Below the pieces are notes generated by a model, which saw only the letters and a list, made by a program, of their open reading frames with translations, ran no database searches and was not told the DNA's origin. From Mobula hypostoma (taxonomy: Eukaryota), in NCBI RefSeq assembly GCF_963921235.1, contig NC_086118.1:14696001-14760000 (forward strand): a DNA stretch of 64,000 bases. Direction: 5' to 3'. The translations under genes and the position numbers were made by a program. Shown in pieces: positions 61,257-64,000 of this stretch. Numbering within the stretch: the first letter of the stretch is position 1; every line of letters starts with the position of its first letter.

Positions 61257-61904
61257 TACCTAAAACCTTTATGTACTCCAGCACCATCATTGCTCAGGCG
61301 ACAGTGTGAGTCATCTCCAAACTCCATTACTATTGCTCAGACCAGTCACCTCAACAGCATCTCCCAATCTTCAACCCTCCCCCCTCCCCACCACGTAGTG
61401 GGGTAGGAGCGGGTAGACGTGGGTGGAGAAGGTACATTAAAACACCTTCACTTCTCCTAAAAGTCAGACACTCTCAAGACTTGACAACACATTACTGCTA
61501 GGCTTCTCAAATTCCCCACCCCCTGGCACTGTAGCTTAGCTGCACCAGGGCAAGGTGGTCACTGATCCCCACCTTCTCAAATTAGTTAGGGATGGGTAAT
61601 GAACAGTGACCTCTACGTCCCCAAATTCAAAACAAGTTCTTTGACAATGAACTATTTCATATATCCAGCTGTACTTTATCGCCTGTGAGAAAAGTAACGC
61701 AGTCAATTCAATAATCTATTTAAAAAGTGAAACAAATCGTGAGAATTATGATGTCCCAGTAGCTAGCTTCAATAGTTTTAAAATATGCATGGGAAGAAAA
61801 TTGACAAAGAAGTTGGTCTCTTTTAGAAATCATATTTAAATAATCTTACCTAAGGAAGCAGTGGAAACAAAACATAGATCAAGTATTGAAGAAATCCGTT
61901 GGAG

Positions 61905-61984
61905 CAGGTGTTCCCAACCTTCTTTATGCCATGGTCCGATATCATTAAGCAAGGGGTCCACAGACCCCAGGCTGGGAAACCATA
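61905..61984. mobile_element. hAT MITE, second copy (inverted relative to 46230-46309)
   Basis: CAGGTGTTCCCAACC..ATTAAGCAAGGGGTCCACAGACCCCAGGCTGGGAA. Confidence 0.7.
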
Positions 61985-62225
61985 TTTTAGAGGGTGAATA
62001 GTGAAGAACGGCCAATGCTTTTGAACAAGCGGATAGGCTATTGCAACTCAGTGCTGTCCTGCATTTCTGCATTGCCAGCACATCCTAGTACAGTGAAATA
62101 ACTACCATAAAGCACTCCCTCAATCTCTAAACCCTTTTTTACATTTTGAAAATAACCAAAGATTGAAACAGATTTTTCTGTGCAAATATTTCCCAGTAGT
62201 GCCATTGAAATAAAGTTTTTCTTAC

Positions 62226-62324
62226 ACTTTGGTTGAACATGTCTGTCTCATGGCGAAGTTGCGTGTATTGACACAGGTGTTGCCGAATCATTTCAATCCT
62301 TTCAACCTCCAACCTCTCCAGCTC
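62226..62324 (-). CDS. GAS7: GAS7 penultimate coding exon: ELERLEVERIEMIRQHLCQYTQLRHETDMFNQS
   Basis: ttacag|GAG ... AGT|gtaag on the minus strand; 99 nt, phase 0, joins in frame to 47986; end of the F-BAR region. Confidence 0.94.
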
Positions 62325-64000
62325 CTGTAAGGTCAAATATAAACAAAAATATTACTGTGAGCACCCTAAATAATACAATTGTCTATTAACATTTACATTA
62401 AATATGGTCCTTGTTTGTTTCAGAAATTGGAATGGTGCAAAGTTTTGAATATTCATTTTGATGGATATAATTCTGCATGGCCTGTTTTTCCCATGAATTT
62501 ACCCCAACAAAGTGAGGAGACTGTCTAGAATTCACATCACAAATAGAATGGACAGGTTAACTCAAACGACACAGGCCAATGTTCTGAGACTTCTCTCAAC
62601 CCACCCTATCTAATCCTACCAGGAGATGCTTCCATCTTTTCTTGGCCATGTATTTACCTGGTTTCTCCTTAAATACAACTATTATTTGCCTCAGTTGCTT
62701 CTTTTGATAATGAATTCCACACTCTGACTTCTAGGTTTCTAATTGTGTTCTGGATAAAGAAGTCATTGAAGCTGGAGAAAGGTAATAGATCAACAGAAAC
62801 CTTCTAATACTCAGCATACCTTTACCGATCCGCTATTGCCCTGAATAACATGAAGCATTTCATGGAATCCCACTCTTCATGTAGTCTCATTCATACAGAT
62901 TTATGTTTCATTATATCATACATTCATTCACTTAGAATGAGCATTTAAAAGATCACATTATCTCTGCCATCACCTTGGGAGGAAATGCCACCCAAGGGAG
63001 ACAGTTAACGTGTCAAAATGATGGCTCCTCAAGCTACATTACTTCATGGTTTGCTAAGTTTAACACTCAAGTAAAGGGTAAATGATTGTGAGATGACGGA
63101 TAAATATCTCCTTTATTAATAATTCATTGGAAACATTTGCAAGCTTGATGTACGAAAAAATATTGCCATTGAAATAAAATATCAAGGGATCTTTTCGAAA
63201 AGGCGGGATCAAGCTGGTGGCCTTTTTTGAATTGTCCATCAAAGTCAAAGGACAGTAGTCTGATGATGTATTAATCTAAGCCAATCAAACTACCAGTTTC
63301 CCTCCAAGCAGGAATGATTAAAATTATCTCTGTACTGCCTAGTTTACACCTGAGAAACTTCCAAACAAGCAAATCAAAGCAAAAGATTTGTACTGTTATG
63401 CTTGAATCTATTTGAGCCTATTATTGAGTAGAATCCTTAACTTGCAAAGACAAAACATCTTTTCTTGCCAATTTTTCCTCAGACTACAGGAGGTTGCTTC
63501 CAGGTTTTGATTAACATTTTCACAGCTTCTTTTTCCAAAGATGGGAGTAAACAAGGTTCATCTAAAGGCCTGTCTTCTGGAAGCACTCTGCTAATAGCAA
63601 AAGGGCTGTCTGGCATATCCCTGGTTCAAGCACAGAATTTTAGTCTGTACAAGAAAGATAAAGATAGGTTTAATTATTCATCTAACCTTTGCAACTACTG
63701 CAGAAGCACTTTGTCAGCTCACCATCTTCCTAACAGGAAACAGATGTGAAAAGCACACCATTAGCTGCTCTCCTGAACGCAAAACAGGAACTGATAAAAA
63801 AAAATGCTTTTTATTTAACACTACCATTTGTTGCATCACAAATAATTATCCACTGACCATGGATAATTCAGAATTATCAAATGCATGCCACACAAACAGA
63901 AAATGATCAGCTAAAATTAGATTTATCAGTGCAAGTTGCATTGCCAGTGTGAATAGTACTTTTGAATCTTTACGCAGTCATTTATGTGATATCTTCTGTG

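Noticed and set aside
63465..63749. Possible additional GAS7 exon or ORF
   Set aside because: No GAS7-like translation recognised on the minus strand.

Overview
Eukaryotic (vertebrate) genomic DNA. The repeat content (CR1, Rex1/Babar, Penelope, V-SINE) suggests a cartilaginous fish, possibly a ray; this is an inference. Two genes converge tail to tail. On the + strand are the last 11 coding exons (11345-42727, 592 aa plus stop) of an MYH16-class ancient sarcomeric myosin heavy chain, covering the rod/LMM and a long non-helical tailpiece. On the - strand are the last two coding exons and a ~2.8 kb 3' UTR of GAS7. The introns are packed with retroelements and DNA-transposon derivatives. Most notable: (1) the MYH16-class gene sits beside GAS7 rather than in the mammalian MYH16 neighbourhood; (2) Penelope-like elements carry minimal hammerhead ribozyme motifs, one intact at 54031-54066; (3) a minisatellite consists of 14 copies of a myosin exon's branch point plus 3' splice site; (4) an ITS2/28S rDNA fragment is captured in the last GAS7 intron; (5) a solo LTR with a target-site duplication (TSD) lies in a multi-level nest of insertions. 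Most ORFs in the supplied track are repeat-derived or spurious.
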